Shown in pieces: positions 49,027 through 59,703 of a stretch of 64,000 nucleotides of DNA; the first letter of the stretch is position 1; every line of letters starts with the position of its first letter. A model generated the notes under the pieces. It did not search any database. It was not told the DNA's origin and saw only the letters and a list, made by a program, of their open reading frames with translations. Origin of the DNA: Ostreococcus lucimarinus (taxonomy: Eukaryota); the NCBI GenBank assembly GCA_000092065.1, contig CP000581.1; one strand, 5' to 3'. A program made the position numbers and the translations under genes.

Positions 49027-50721
49027 CTAATCCCTCGAGCACGCCTCGTTCCAACGATGAACGATGCCGGGGACGTGTGCGGCGCCGAGGACGAAGACTA
49101 CGGTGATTGAGACGCCGTCGGCGGGGAGGTCGAGTGCCGGGACGCGACGCGCGTATTCAAACGTCGAGGAGGCGCTGTGGTAAAAGCCAGGACGGTCCGT
49201 CGGTTTACCCTCGATCACGGACCATAAACAATCAAACAAGACGCTGTCTCGTTCATCTATGAATACTTCGCGCATGTGAGGCGGCATGCTGACCTCACCC
49301 GAACGCATCAGCGTCAAACGCTCGGTTTCGATAGCCGTGGTTAACTGTTTACGTGTCTTGAAGGCGGATGTAATCAACGATCGTATGGATCCGAGGATAT
49401 AGCGCGCGAGCGAACGCTTCATTCCTGGAACGTGTTCATGAAGCTTTTCTTCGAGCGATCGCATCGTCTTGGATACTTCTGAATCAGCCAAGTAGACACG
49501 TGAAGTGCGCGACTCGAACGCTGCTGATAAACCAGCAATGATTTCCCCACCGTCTTGAGCGTCGAGTTTGTTCGAAATAATAGACTCAGCAAGCGTCATC
49601 ATCCCGTTCATAATTTTTACAGTCAATGGAGACGACTTATTCGCTCCCGCCCCCGCTCTCGCCGCCTCGCCGATGAATGAAATGGACAACACGTCCTGAA
49701 GACTGACGTCAATGCGCTCAAACCACCTATCCGTCGATAAAGCCACATCTGGAACCACGTCGAGCGTTATACATTCCCCATCGCTCACATCCAGCGCTAC
49801 GGTGTAGCCACTTTGTAGCCTCTCTTGGACCGCAATAACCAAAGATGCGCACAAAGCTGCAGTCTGCCACGCGCTCATCTTGCCTTGACCGCTCGCACAA
49901 TCGCTCACTTTCACAAGCTCGCCCGCTCGTCGCATCACTTCAACCTCTGCAGCGGCATCCGAAGTAGCGGAGACGAAATTTTCATAAACGTTCCACTTGA
50001 ATCGGATGTCTGAAGTCAACTCTGCGCCCATCGGATGAACGGTGAAGACAATTTCGGCAACCGATACCACCAAAGTCACCTTCCCTTCCTTCCAAACGAC
50101 GGTGCGCGCACCGTGTTCGTCTTCAGCACGTCCGCGTACAATGACCGATTCGAATAAACCAGTGCGCAACAATAACTCAGCATCACTTTTGAGATCTTCC
50201 AACGACACTCCCTTCCCAACTTTTGTGCGTAAACGCGACAGTAGAACAACCTCATCCACTCCGCCAGGAAGAACACCCGCCGGCATACCAACAATATGCA
50301 CCGCACCGGGTACTACTACGTCGTCGTTCTCGACGCCTTTCATTCGGTCAATGATGCCATCAACGCGCTCATCGCACACTTCTAGTAGCACTGCGTCGGG
50401 TTTATTCGTTCGTATTACCTCGTCGGCGTCCAAGGCGGAGCGCTCGCTCACATGCGCCGTCGGTAACAGAATTACTTTCACTCCCGCCGTATGACTCGTC
50501 TTCGGGCGCTCTAGGACGACCGTGGGTATCGCATCCGGCTCGCGACTAACCTTGACATGGCTCGCGTCACCATGCTGTGCGTGTGCGCACCTCGAAACGC
50601 GTGCGAGGCGACGTTCAACGCGACGCCGCCCTTTTCGCGCTTTCGACAGTCCCAAACACTTTCGCTCGGGCGACGCGCTCAGCGCAGATGCGCCGAGGCA
50701 CGTGCGATGAACAGTGTTCAT
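49027..50721 (-). CDS. TraB-family protein with an organellar presequence
   Basis: 'ILLPTAHVSERSALDADEVIRTNKPDAVLLEVCDER' is the TraB/GumN GTAHVS-type motif. The N-terminus is Arg-rich. Confidence 0.65.
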   Translation of the reverse strand: MNTVHRTCLGASALSASPERKCLGLSKARKGRRRVERRLARVSRCAHAQHGDASHVKVSREPDAIPTVVLERPKTSHTAGVKVILLPTAHVSERSALDADEVIRTNKPDAVLLEVCDERVDGIIDRMKGVENDDVVVPGAVHIVGMPAGVLPGGVDEVVLLSRLRTKVGKGVSLEDLKSDAELLLRTGLFESVIVRGRAEDEHGARTVVWKEGKVTLVVSVAEIVFTVHPMGAELTSDIRFKWNVYENFVSATSDAAAEVEVMRRAGELVKVSDCASGQGKMSAWQTAALCASLVIAVQERLQSGYTVALDVSDGECITLDVVPDVALSTDRWFERIDVSLQDVLSISFIGEAARAGAGANKSSPLTVKIMNGMMTLAESIISNKLDAQDGGEIIAGLSAAFESRTSRVYLADSEVSKTMRSLEEKLHEHVPGMKRSLARYILGSIRSLITSAFKTRKQLTTAIETERLTLMRSGEVSMPPHMREVFIDERDSVLFDCLWSVIEGKPTDRPGFYHSASSTFEYARRVPALDLPADGVSITVVFVLGAAHVPGIVHRWNEACSRD

Positions 50722-50847
50722 GAGTAACGCTCAAGCACTTTAGCGGAGCTAACCTACCTAAGGACTATGTTGCAAACTACTGGCATGCGCGCTACTGAGG
50801 TCGAGGCGAGTGAGCGAGCACAGCCGTAGGCTGTCGTGTCTACATGT

Positions 50848-52554
50848 CTACTTTGAGTTCATGAATACGGGTCGTTGTGGAGGCGGATACTCCTCGAAAA
50901 AAGCATCATTCAGCGCTTCAGAGCAAGTGAGGCGCCTTGCGGGATCGTACGTCAACAGATGGTTGAGCAACTCGTATCCTTTATCGCTCAAACCAGTCGA
51001 CGCCTGCGGGAATTTCTGACGCAACTTGTTGTAAGGTTGCTCGGCGAACGTGACTTTTTGCACACTCGGGAGTGAGCTAAACTCCGGCCATATCTTATCG
51101 TTTGGCGTGCCGAGAAGCTTAAAAATCTTTTGTAGCTGATCGATTTCCGCACGACCATTGAACAGAGGACTTCCGGCGAGTAATTCGCCGAAGATGCAGC
51201 CTAGACTCCAGACATCAATGGCTGGACCGTAAGTTGTCGATCCCAATAGCAACTCCGGTGCACGATACCAAAGCGTAACGACTAGTTGCGTGTATCTACC
51301 GACTCCACCAAATTGTCTTGCCAGACCGAAGTCGCATATTTTCAAATCGCCCGAGTTCGTGACGAGAATGTTAGACATTTTCAAGTCACGATGCATGATC
51401 CAATTTTCGTGCAAATACGACATCCCACTCAGAAGCTGTAGCATTAACGCCTTTGTCTCGGGAATCGTAAATTTGGGCGAAGACGACTGCGCCATCTGAT
51501 CCATGAGACCTTTCAAATCATTTTCAACGTATTCCATCACCATGAATACAAAGTTTAACTTTGAGCCGACGACTACCTCGTTGACGTTCACAATGCTCGG
51601 ATGATCCAACGATAGCAGTATGTTGACTTCTCTAAGAGCAGTAAGAGGGAATCCATCCGTCGCCTCGTCCATTTTCACCCTCTTCAACGCCGCCACCTCT
51701 CCCGTTTTCTTATCCCGCGCTTTGAAGACTATTCCATACGTGCCTTCATCGATCTTGTTCAATCTCTCAAACTCGTCCACGCTACGACACGCTTGAAGCA
51801 TGTTTAATGGTCTCTTTTGCAACTGCACTTCCACCTGATTGGTCGATGGAACTGGAGACGAACCTGCTTCTCGCCCTCGCGCCAGGCCAGCTTCTGCTTC
51901 TTCGGCAGCGGCGCGCATCGCCTCTGGATCCGGTCGCGCGGGTCCAACCGTCAAGTCATCTTCTTCATCATTTATCGCACGAGGTCTCGCCGGTCCCGCC
52001 ATGGGCTCCTTCTCTTCGTCGGATTCGAGCTCTGCTAACTCGCCGGCGAGCGACTGCGGCAACGTGTCCTGCTTCGGTGGCCGCGAAGGCCCCGCTTCTG
52101 CTGAAGCTGCTGCCTCACCTTCGTCACTGGTACTCGGCGACGGTGCAAAGAAACTCTTCGGATCTACACTTTGAGATTGCTTACGCCCACTTACTTCAAG
52201 CTGCTGATTTTCCCGCTGCGCCGCGGCGAACGAGTTTGCTTCCGCGAGCATCTTCTCCATGTACCCCTGATTCGCGGTCGTCGGCCGCGTCGCGTCTGGC
52301 GCACTTCCTTCGCGCACATCTTCATCCTCGTCCTCTTCGTCCGATGAGCCCCATCTCGACCCTTTCACCGTCGTCGGCTTCGACACCTTCGCACGTTTGG
52401 CGGCTCCGTCGTCCTCCTCATCCTTCTTCTCCGTCCCCGTGCCTCGGACGACGTCGTTTGCTCGCGTCGGTGGCGCTTGTTTCTGTTTCACAGCCTCCGC
52501 CTCACGCTGTTTTCGCGCCAACGCCGCGCGCGCTGCGGCTCTTATGCTCGACAT
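50848..52554 (-). CDS. cyclin-dependent kinase of the CDK11/CDKG (PITSLRE) type
   Basis: It has an RE/acidic N-terminal extension. The kinase domain contains '[24 protein letters not shown]', '[12 protein letters not shown]', '[11 protein letters not shown]', 'DFGLAR' and '[11 protein letters not shown]'. Confidence 0.85.
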   Translation of the reverse strand: MSSIRAAARAALARKQREAEAVKQKQAPPTRANDVVRGTGTEKKDEEDDGAAKRAKVSKPTTVKGSRWGSSDEEDEDEDVREGSAPDATRPTTANQGYMEKMLAEANSFAAAQRENQQLEVSGRKQSQSVDPKSFFAPSPSTSDEGEAAASAEAGPSRPPKQDTLPQSLAGELAELESDEEKEPMAGPARPRAINDEEDDLTVGPARPDPEAMRAAAEEAEAGLARGREAGSSPVPSTNQVEVQLQKRPLNMLQACRSVDEFERLNKIDEGTYGIVFKARDKKTGEVAALKRVKMDEATDGFPLTALREVNILLSLDHPSIVNVNEVVVGSKLNFVFMVMEYVENDLKGLMDQMAQSSSPKFTIPETKALMLQLLSGMSYLHENWIMHRDLKMSNILVTNSGDLKICDFGLARQFGGVGRYTQLVVTLWYRAPELLLGSTTYGPAIDVWSLGCIFGELLAGSPLFNGRAEIDQLQKIFKLLGTPNDKIWPEFSSLPSVQKVTFAEQPYNKLRQKFPQASTGLSDKGYELLNHLLTYDPARRLTCSEALNDAFFEEYPPPQRPVFMNSK

Positions 52555-52603
52555 CCGCGGCGCACACTGCGGGCGTAGAGTCGCCAGTGTTCAGCGCGAC
52601 GTC

Positions 52604-54892
52604 ATGGCGCGCGCGGTTGGTGACGACGATGATCATCCTTCGACGTCTTCCACGGACGACTTACCGGTCTCGCGTTACGGTGCGTCGAGCGTTACGGAGA
52701 GCGCCGACTGGACCCCCGACCGCGAACGAGAGGAGCATCTTTTTCTTAGAGCGACGACGACGGTGACTGACGAGCGCGGTGATCGACGAACAGCGAACGA
52801 TATTGCGAGTGCGGTAAAGACGAATGCGGTGACGGTTGTGATTGGGGAGACGGGGAGCGGGAAGACGACACAGATTGCGCAGATTCTCCTGCGCTCAGGC
52901 GTCGTCGCCGACGGCTCGGCGGTGGCGGTGACGCAGCCGAGACGTGTGGCAGCTGTTTCCGTGGCAAAACGCGTCGCAGAAGAAATGGGGGTAGAGATTG
53001 GGAAAGAAGTTGGGTATTCGGTGCGCTTTGAGGACAGAACGTGCCGCCTGACGAGGATAAAATATTTAACTGACGGCACGTTACTGCGAGAGCTTCTCGA
53101 AGACCCGACTCTGTCGCGTTACAGTGTCGTCGTCTTGGATGAGGCTCATGAGCGGTCGTTGCACACAGATATATTATTCGGATTATTGAAGAAGCTCGTG
53201 TCCGCGCGTGAACTGAAGCTGGTGATTACTTCGGCCACGCTCGACAGCGAAAAATTCTCGACGTATTTCGACGACGCACCGGTGTTCACCGTGCCTGGAC
53301 GCACGTTTCCGGTTCAAATCGCGCACGCCACCGAGGCTCCAAAGTCGTACTTTCAAAGTGCGATTGAAACGGTGGTGGATGTACATGTGAATACCGGCCC
53401 TGGGGATATGTTGGTGTTCCTAACAGGTCAAGAAGAGATTGAAAAAGCGTGTCGGGCTGTGGAGGCTCACGTGCGATCGATGCCCGAGGGAGAGTGTCCA
53501 GATGTGCAAGTCTTGCCACTCTATGCATCACTCCCACCGGATATGCAGTCGAGGGTGTTTCACCCACATGATCCGAACGTGCGACGAATAATCTTTGCGA
53601 CAAATATTGCTGAGACGTCGCTGACGGTCCCAGGAATCGTTTTTGTGATTGATCCAGGCGTGGTGAAGCAGGTTGAGTACGATGCGATGACGGGAATGAA
53701 TGCATTAAAAGTAGTGCCTATCAGTAGCGTGCAGGCGAAGCAGCGTGCAGGACGTGCAGGAAGAACGCAAGCTGGGCGATGCTACCGACTGTACACAAAG
53801 GACGCGCTCGAACTCGACATGCCAGCGATCACTCGGCCAGAGATCCAACGGACATGTCTAGTCGGTACGATTCTGTATCTGAAGACACTGAATCTAAAAG
53901 GACTAGATGTGATGACTTTCGATTTCTTGGATCCTCCAGACACTGCACTCATCGCAGATGCTTTGCGCCAACTTTATTTCGTTGGTGCAATCGATCCCGA
54001 TGGGAAGGCAACTTCTATTGGACGAGAGATGAGTTCGCTTCCACTTGAGCCATGCTTATCGCGTGCGATGGTCGAAGCGAAACGCCTTGATTGTGTTGCA
54101 GATACTGCAACAGTTGCCGCGATGTTGAGCGTCGAAAGAGTGTTTTTAGGTCAGCACCGAGATGCAACTGAGAGTCTTCACGAGCTTGCGACTCACGAAG
54201 ATTTTCTTCTTGGCGATCACGCGGTGTTACTTCGAATCTATCAAGCCTGGGAGAGCAGTGGATATCAAAGAAAATTTCACCAGCGGTATTCGTTGTCGGA
54301 TCGAGGAATGGAGTTCGCGCGAGAGATACGAAAACAATTACTTGGAGTGTTCAAGGACAAGCGTAAAAGCGATAGGAACGACTTTGATTGTTTCTCACGA
54401 ACAGATGAAGGTCTGAACCGATTGCGCCAATCGCTGTGCGCAGGCTTCGTGACAAAGATTGCGCATCGACTACCGAATCATAATGGCTACAGAACATTGG
54501 GAGAAAATTCCACGCTGTGCCAGGTCCACCCTTCTATGGCTCGCCAACTCGCCGACAAAGACGGTTTGCTTCCAGAGTGGATCGTTTACCATGAGTTGAT
54601 CACGACTTCTCGACCCTTTCTCCGCCACGTGTGCAAAATTGAGCCAGAATGGATTTCAAAGCAAAGAGAGCTGCTCTCGAAGAAGGTGAACATTCATCGT
54701 CTCTCTGGCGGCGTGTTGAGCCCCGGGGATGCTGAAAGCACGGACGCAGCGAGTGGGCACGAAGCCGACACGGTGGACGCGAATAAAGCGCCAGTCGAAG
54801 GACGTAGAATCACCGACGAGCAAGTTTCTGCCGCGCGAGAGCGCTTCCTGGCGCGTAAGAAACAGAAATTAGCGAAATTAGCGGGAAAATAG
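52604..54892 (+). CDS. DEAH-box ATP-dependent RNA helicase (DHX family)
   Basis: 'GETGSGKTTQ', 'DEAHERS', 'SATL', 'TGQEEI', 'FATNIAETSLT', 'QRAGRAGR' and HA2/OB C-terminal domains are all present. The start is trimmed to avoid overlap with the divergent CDK gene (the ORF track starts at 52397). Confidence 0.85.
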   Translation: MARAVGDDDDHPSTSSTDDLPVSRYGASSVTESADWTPDREREEHLFLRATTTVTDERGDRRTANDIASAVKTNAVTVVIGETGSGKTTQIAQILLRSGVVADGSAVAVTQPRRVAAVSVAKRVAEEMGVEIGKEVGYSVRFEDRTCRLTRIKYLTDGTLLRELLEDPTLSRYSVVVLDEAHERSLHTDILFGLLKKLVSARELKLVITSATLDSEKFSTYFDDAPVFTVPGRTFPVQIAHATEAPKSYFQSAIETVVDVHVNTGPGDMLVFLTGQEEIEKACRAVEAHVRSMPEGECPDVQVLPLYASLPPDMQSRVFHPHDPNVRRIIFATNIAETSLTVPGIVFVIDPGVVKQVEYDAMTGMNALKVVPISSVQAKQRAGRAGRTQAGRCYRLYTKDALELDMPAITRPEIQRTCLVGTILYLKTLNLKGLDVMTFDFLDPPDTALIADALRQLYFVGAIDPDGKATSIGREMSSLPLEPCLSRAMVEAKRLDCVADTATVAAMLSVERVFLGQHRDATESLHELATHEDFLLGDHAVLLRIYQAWESSGYQRKFHQRYSLSDRGMEFAREIRKQLLGVFKDKRKSDRNDFDCFSRTDEGLNRLRQSLCAGFVTKIAHRLPNHNGYRTLGENSTLCQVHPSMARQLADKDGLLPEWIVYHELITTSRPFLRHVCKIEPEWISKQRELLSKKVNIHRLSGGVLSPGDAESTDAASGHEADTVDANKAPVEGRRITDEQVSAARERFLARKKQKLAKLAGK

Positions 54893-54980
54893 AGTTTTGA
54901 TGAAAGCAAGCGAACGAGGAAAAAACGCTCTTTCGACGTTCGCTGAAAGTGCGCGCCGTCGCCGCAGACGCTGACGCACG

Positions 54981-56468
54981 ATGGATGCGTATAACCCATC
55001 GCTCGACACCGTCAGTGATGGCGCACTCCAAGCTAAGGCATGGGAGCAGTACAAGACGAACGGAACCGCGGGCGGACCAGACGACGCATCGCATGGGAAC
55101 GAAACGCTCGAAGATGAGCTGATCGAGGAGAAGAAGAAGGAGTACGGCAAGCATTATCCGAGCGTGTGGACGAAAGAACCGCACGGAGGGGAGTATAGGA
55201 TCGACAAAGGCCCAGACGTGCGCAGAGGGTACGATGCGCTCGAGCAGCACAGTGATGGAACGATGATAGCTCGAGCGCCGGGGTACGAGAAGCCTCAGAG
55301 CGGGCCGACGACAAACTTTGTCGGCAACCATATGACACAAGGGGCGATTGATTTAGTGCAATACGAGCTGACGAAGATCGACCCGAACAGAGAAGTCTTC
55401 AGAGCGCGACTCGATCGCGCGCGAGGCGTCGAACGCAAATTACCTGAACTCTTATCAGTGACGACGGCGGATGTTGGCGTGCGAGAAGAACGCACTGGGA
55501 TTGAAAAATTTACTTGGTGGGATAGCGACGGTTCCATCACGCTAAAGATACCTCATACATCATTGTGTGACGACGTGCGTTGGAATGACATCGCACTGAA
55601 GTACGGCGATCGAAGCCTTCTCATCGAAATTCCAAAGGCAACATCGTCCGCGATCGCAAAGCGTGAGTTTGTGTTGAAAATTGATCGTCTATATGGTGCC
55701 ATAGTGCCAGATAAATGTACGCACATCGTAACAGACGAGTGTATTCTACTGATGTTAGTAAAATTGAACGATGCGATGCGATGGCCGAATCTAGAGGCTC
55801 CATATGTGAAGGCCCTTCCCGCAAATACAAGTACAGAAATGACTCGAGCGAGTCATTCGAGTATTGATTTACGAGCGCTTCGTACCGAAATGATCGCCAA
55901 AAGAGAAGGAAAGTTGATATCCATGATGAACTGGCTCAATAAAAAGCCATTCAAGGACGATAAAAGTGAGCTTGAAGCCATGGCCGCTGATGTTGCCCTG
56001 ATGAGAGTCGCGTCGCAATTCGAATGCGGTGACTACGTTGAAGCCCTCACTACTATCACTCGCGGTCTACGACATTCGAACATATCTCCAGCTGATCAAC
56101 TTGAATTGTTGAACTATCGTGCGTACGCAAATATCCAGCTCGGTTCCCTCAAGGACGCTATATCAGACTACTCAGAAATGTTCGAAATCAAGCCGAACGC
56201 CGACACGCTTTTCAAACGAGCGACCGCCCATGAACAACGAGAAGATTACGAAGCTGCTCTATTAGATTACGAAGCCGCTCTTAAGTTTGACATGGCTAAT
56301 GCGAACATTCGTCAAGCCATACGACGCGCGCGCGAGTTAGTGACGCAAAATAATCGAATGAAAGCAGTCGATTCAAAACGTCGCGAGAAAGACGATGGCG
56401 AGCGAAGCGTACCGCGACCTTGCATGCGTCAATTCGAGATTCGTGGAAAAGCCGGAGCGTGCTTCTAA
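54981..56468 (+). CDS. CS(p23-like)+TPR domain protein (DYX1C1/DNAAF4-like, tentative)
   Basis: A central β-rich CS-like segment 'KFTWWDSDGSITLKIPHTSL...DRSLLIEIP' is followed by C-terminal TPRs ('...ADTLFKRATAHEQREDYEAALLDYEAALKFD'). Confidence 0.5.
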   Translation: MDAYNPSLDTVSDGALQAKAWEQYKTNGTAGGPDDASHGNETLEDELIEEKKKEYGKHYPSVWTKEPHGGEYRIDKGPDVRRGYDALEQHSDGTMIARAPGYEKPQSGPTTNFVGNHMTQGAIDLVQYELTKIDPNREVFRARLDRARGVERKLPELLSVTTADVGVREERTGIEKFTWWDSDGSITLKIPHTSLCDDVRWNDIALKYGDRSLLIEIPKATSSAIAKREFVLKIDRLYGAIVPDKCTHIVTDECILLMLVKLNDAMRWPNLEAPYVKALPANTSTEMTRASHSSIDLRALRTEMIAKREGKLISMMNWLNKKPFKDDKSELEAMAADVALMRVASQFECGDYVEALTTITRGLRHSNISPADQLELLNYRAYANIQLGSLKDAISDYSEMFEIKPNADTLFKRATAHEQREDYEAALLDYEAALKFDMANANIRQAIRRARELVTQNNRMKAVDSKRREKDDGERSVPRPCMRQFEIRGKAGACF

Positions 56469-56543
56469 TTGAAGAAAACCTATTGGAAAAGTTGTTGTAC
56501 AGATAACATTTCTAGTAGTTGGGGTTCTCCTACGGCTATATGT

Positions 56544-58457
56544 CTATCTTTTCCCCCGTGCCTTGATCGACAAGTTGAGCGTCGATCCGTCTTTCAAATT
56601 GTAATACGCCAAACTCGCTGTGTCTTTGAGGAATCCCAAGCCAAGAGTGCTGAGCTTTTGTTTATTTTGAGCGAGGTCTCCAGCAAGTGGCTTGATCGAT
56701 CTCTTCAAATCCACAATTTTATCCGCGAGCGAACTGACTTTGATTTCGAGCGTCTGCCCCGTCAAGCTACTGTCGCCCTCCACAGTTGGGCACACGACGT
56801 TGATGGTGGCCTCTCCGGGATTTGCTTCCAAGAACTCTGATTCATCGTCTAATTCAACGTCACCCACCTTCAACTTCTTAGGTTCAGGTTCGACCTCCTC
56901 TTCTGGCTCCGGTGCTGCGCGTTTCTTTTCCTCTTGTGGTGCTGGAGGCGGAGGAGGAGTCAAAACCTTTGGAGGCGGAGGCGGAGGAGGCGGTGCAACA
57001 CGAGTGGGCGGCGGTGGAGCTACGGCGGTGGAAGGCGGGGCAATAGAGGGAGACGGCGCGGTCGCCTTAGCGATCGATCTCTTCTTCAGCATTTCCGCAT
57101 TTATCGCTTTCGATACCTCGTCATCCGTGGAACCGAAAATATCGGGGCGATTTCTCGCCAAATTCAAAACGTTCGCCGCGACGTCTTCGTGAGAGGCCTG
57201 CGTACTCCCTTGAAGTTTTGCCATCATGGCTTCTCTCTGGATTTTCCACTTAGGATCGATGAGGGAGATACGCATATGCTCCGCCATTTGGTCGAGTGGA
57301 ATCATCTCTCCAGTGATCGGGGATACTACAAACTTGGTCGAGTCAACTACAGCCGTCTTGCGCTCCTCGGGCTTCTTGTAGTTTCGCACAACCTTCATTG
57401 CGCCGACATTTTCCACCACAGGGGGTTCAGGATTCGAGCGCGGCTCTGTCGCTTGACGCACAAGTTCACGTTCCTCTTCATCCATGGTGGCCGTGATAAC
57501 AGGGGCCGCTTGACCTTCGACGTCCTCAGGTACTGAGGGCGCTTCGAGTTCTTGCTTGCGCATCGCTTCGACGACTTCATTCAGCTGCATCGGTGGTGGT
57601 AAGTCGCGATCTTCGGCATCTTCGAAATCTAAGGTTTCGACGACGACAAAACTATGCCAGTCGATGAGCGCCATCTGAATGCGCTCTTCTTCTTCCGCGT
57701 CTTCCTTATCCTTCTTCGCCTTGTTTTGCGCGGACTCCCACTCTACGCGCTTCAACACGCGCTCCAACACCACACTCTTGTCGCTACCTTTCTCCAGAGA
57801 TTCGAGCAGAGCCGTGTCTGGGGCTAAAATTTTCTCGTATGCGTCCGCAAGGGCGGTGAAAAACGTAAACATGGAGTGATGAGGCTTGAGAAAGTTGAAC
57901 TGCGGGTTGGCGTGTTCCTTCCCAGCCAACGCGGTGACGAACTTCTTCCCATTTCTCGCTGCAAACTGTGCGGTAGTCTTAATCACGTCGAGATCTACCG
58001 ACGAGATGCCCGCTGGAATAGGGATAGTGAATTCATCGCTCTTAGGTGGTTCCAAAACCACGGGCTTGGCGGTACCCGTGCTCGGTTTCACCAGGACTTG
58101 CTCAGCCACCGGCGCGGCGGCTCGCGTCTCCGTCTCCGTCTTCGCCGTTCCGTTCGCCTGCGCCTTCGCCTCGTCCACTTGCTGTCGGTAGTACGCGTGA
58201 TAGGGGTCTCCCTCGGTCAAGAAGTTGAACTTGACGTTATTCTTCTCCGACGCCAAGATCCTCTGCTCAAACTCCGGTCCATTCTTCCCCACGAATTGCG
58301 CCGTCTTGTCCACGATCACTCGCACGTCCGGCGGCGGTATAATCACCCCCACCGTCTGCGTGTGCGTCTCCAGCGACACCGCGCGCGCGTTATCCACCTT
58401 CACGCTCCTCTCTCCAATCCCAGTGTCCACGGTAGACTTCGCGAGCTCCATCTTCAC
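56544..58457 (-). CDS. SF3A1: splicing factor 3A subunit 1 (SF3a120/Prp21)
   Basis: There are two SURP modules ('IVDKTAQFVGKNGPEFEQRI', 'IKTTAQFAARNGKKFV'), a Pro-rich region and a C-terminal ubiquitin-like domain '...YYNLKDGSTLNLSIKARGKR'. Confidence 0.85.
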   Translation of the reverse strand: MKMELAKSTVDTGIGERSVKVDNARAVSLETHTQTVGVIIPPPDVRVIVDKTAQFVGKNGPEFEQRILASEKNNVKFNFLTEGDPYHAYYRQQVDEAKAQANGTAKTETETRAAAPVAEQVLVKPSTGTAKPVVLEPPKSDEFTIPIPAGISSVDLDVIKTTAQFAARNGKKFVTALAGKEHANPQFNFLKPHHSMFTFFTALADAYEKILAPDTALLESLEKGSDKSVVLERVLKRVEWESAQNKAKKDKEDAEEEERIQMALIDWHSFVVVETLDFEDAEDRDLPPPMQLNEVVEAMRKQELEAPSVPEDVEGQAAPVITATMDEEERELVRQATEPRSNPEPPVVENVGAMKVVRNYKKPEERKTAVVDSTKFVVSPITGEMIPLDQMAEHMRISLIDPKWKIQREAMMAKLQGSTQASHEDVAANVLNLARNRPDIFGSTDDEVSKAINAEMLKKRSIAKATAPSPSIAPPSTAVAPPPPTRVAPPPPPPPPKVLTPPPPPAPQEEKKRAAPEPEEEVEPEPKKLKVGDVELDDESEFLEANPGEATINVVCPTVEGDSSLTGQTLEIKVSSLADKIVDLKRSIKPLAGDLAQNKQKLSTLGLGFLKDTASLAYYNLKDGSTLNLSIKARGKR

Positions 58458-58749
58458 CGCGCCAATCGCCTCGCGATGTGCCGGCTCGCCCGCCCGCCCG
58501 CGCGCTCGGTCGCGCCCGACCGCGGCGGGCGTCGGCGAAACGAGGGCCGAAATCAGGGCGTCCGATCGAGGCTAGGGTTCAAACGACCGATCGGGACTCA
58601 AGAACGAGGGACTCTTTGAAAGCGAAAGCGCGCGCGAAAAAATCAAAATCGAACGCGACGCGCGACGACGCCGCGCGCGCGGTCGGTGCGCGCAGTGCTC
58701 GGCGCGCGACGAGATTCGCGCGTCGTGGCGCGCGGGCGCGGCCGGTGCG

Positions 58750-59526
58750 ATGGACGCCCAAACGCTGAAATCGCGCGGAAATGAACTTTACCAGCGCGGC
58801 AAGTTCGGTGCCGCCATCGAGGCGTACACGGAAGCCATCACGTGCGACCCGCGGTGGACGGTGCTGTACATCAATCGCGCGCTGTGCCATCGGAAGAAGA
58901 AGGATTGGGCGAGCGTGAAAAGGGACTGCGAGACGGCGCTACACTTCGAACGGAACAGCGTGAAGGCGCTGTATATGCTTGGCTTAGCGTTGATCGCGGA
59001 AAAAAAGTTCACGGACGCGGCTAAGTCGCTACAACGCGCGCTGGAGGAGGCGCGAGAGAGCGGGGACATGATTCAAGACGACGTGTGGCGAGAACTCGCG
59101 AGGGCGAAATATTTAGAGTGGGAGCTGTTAGCGAGCGATCGAGATCGAAGATACTCGCACTTAGAAAATAGTGTGCGAAATTTCAGCTCGCAGCTCGATG
59201 CAGAGGACGTGAGTACGATGGGGGAAGTGATTGCTTGCGCCCGCGCGCCGGATGACCGCTCGTGCGAACCGCCGGACGCGTTCTGTTGCAAATTAACCTT
59301 TGAGGTATTTCGCGATCCGGTCATCGCGCCGAGTGGTCATAGCTACGAACGATTGGCGATTTTACAGCATTTGAAAATCTCTCAGTTCGACCCAATCACG
59401 AGAGAGCCGTTGCGGCCTGAGCAGCTAATCTCAAACGTCAATTTGAGAAACGCGAGCCACGCTTGGCTGTCCACGCACGCTTGGGCATTCGGAGACATCG
59501 TCCGACCGAATGCACCTTTAGAATAG
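58750..59526 (+). CDS. CHIP: CHIP/STUB1-type E3 ubiquitin ligase (TPR + U-box)
   Basis: The N-terminal TPRs are 'LKSRGNELYQRGKFGAAIEAYTEAI'. The C-terminal U-box is 'PDAFCCKLTFEVFRDPVIAPSGHSYERLAILQHL'. Confidence 0.85.
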   Translation: MDAQTLKSRGNELYQRGKFGAAIEAYTEAITCDPRWTVLYINRALCHRKKKDWASVKRDCETALHFERNSVKALYMLGLALIAEKKFTDAAKSLQRALEEARESGDMIQDDVWRELARAKYLEWELLASDRDRRYSHLENSVRNFSSQLDAEDVSTMGEVIACARAPDDRSCEPPDAFCCKLTFEVFRDPVIAPSGHSYERLAILQHLKISQFDPITREPLRPEQLISNVNLRNASHAWLSTHAWAFGDIVRPNAPLE

Positions 59527-59703
59527 CCCGTAATATAACTGTTAGCATCAATTATTGAATTCAGCGTCACAAAGCGCCACGATTGCGCGGTAGCTCGCCG
59601 AGGCGCAGCAGCCCCGCTGGCTTGCCGCATTGCCAGACGCAGTGGGTCTCGTCGCCGTCCACCGTTCGTGCGCTGTGATCGCGTTCGAGTGGTTCACGAC
59701 ACC

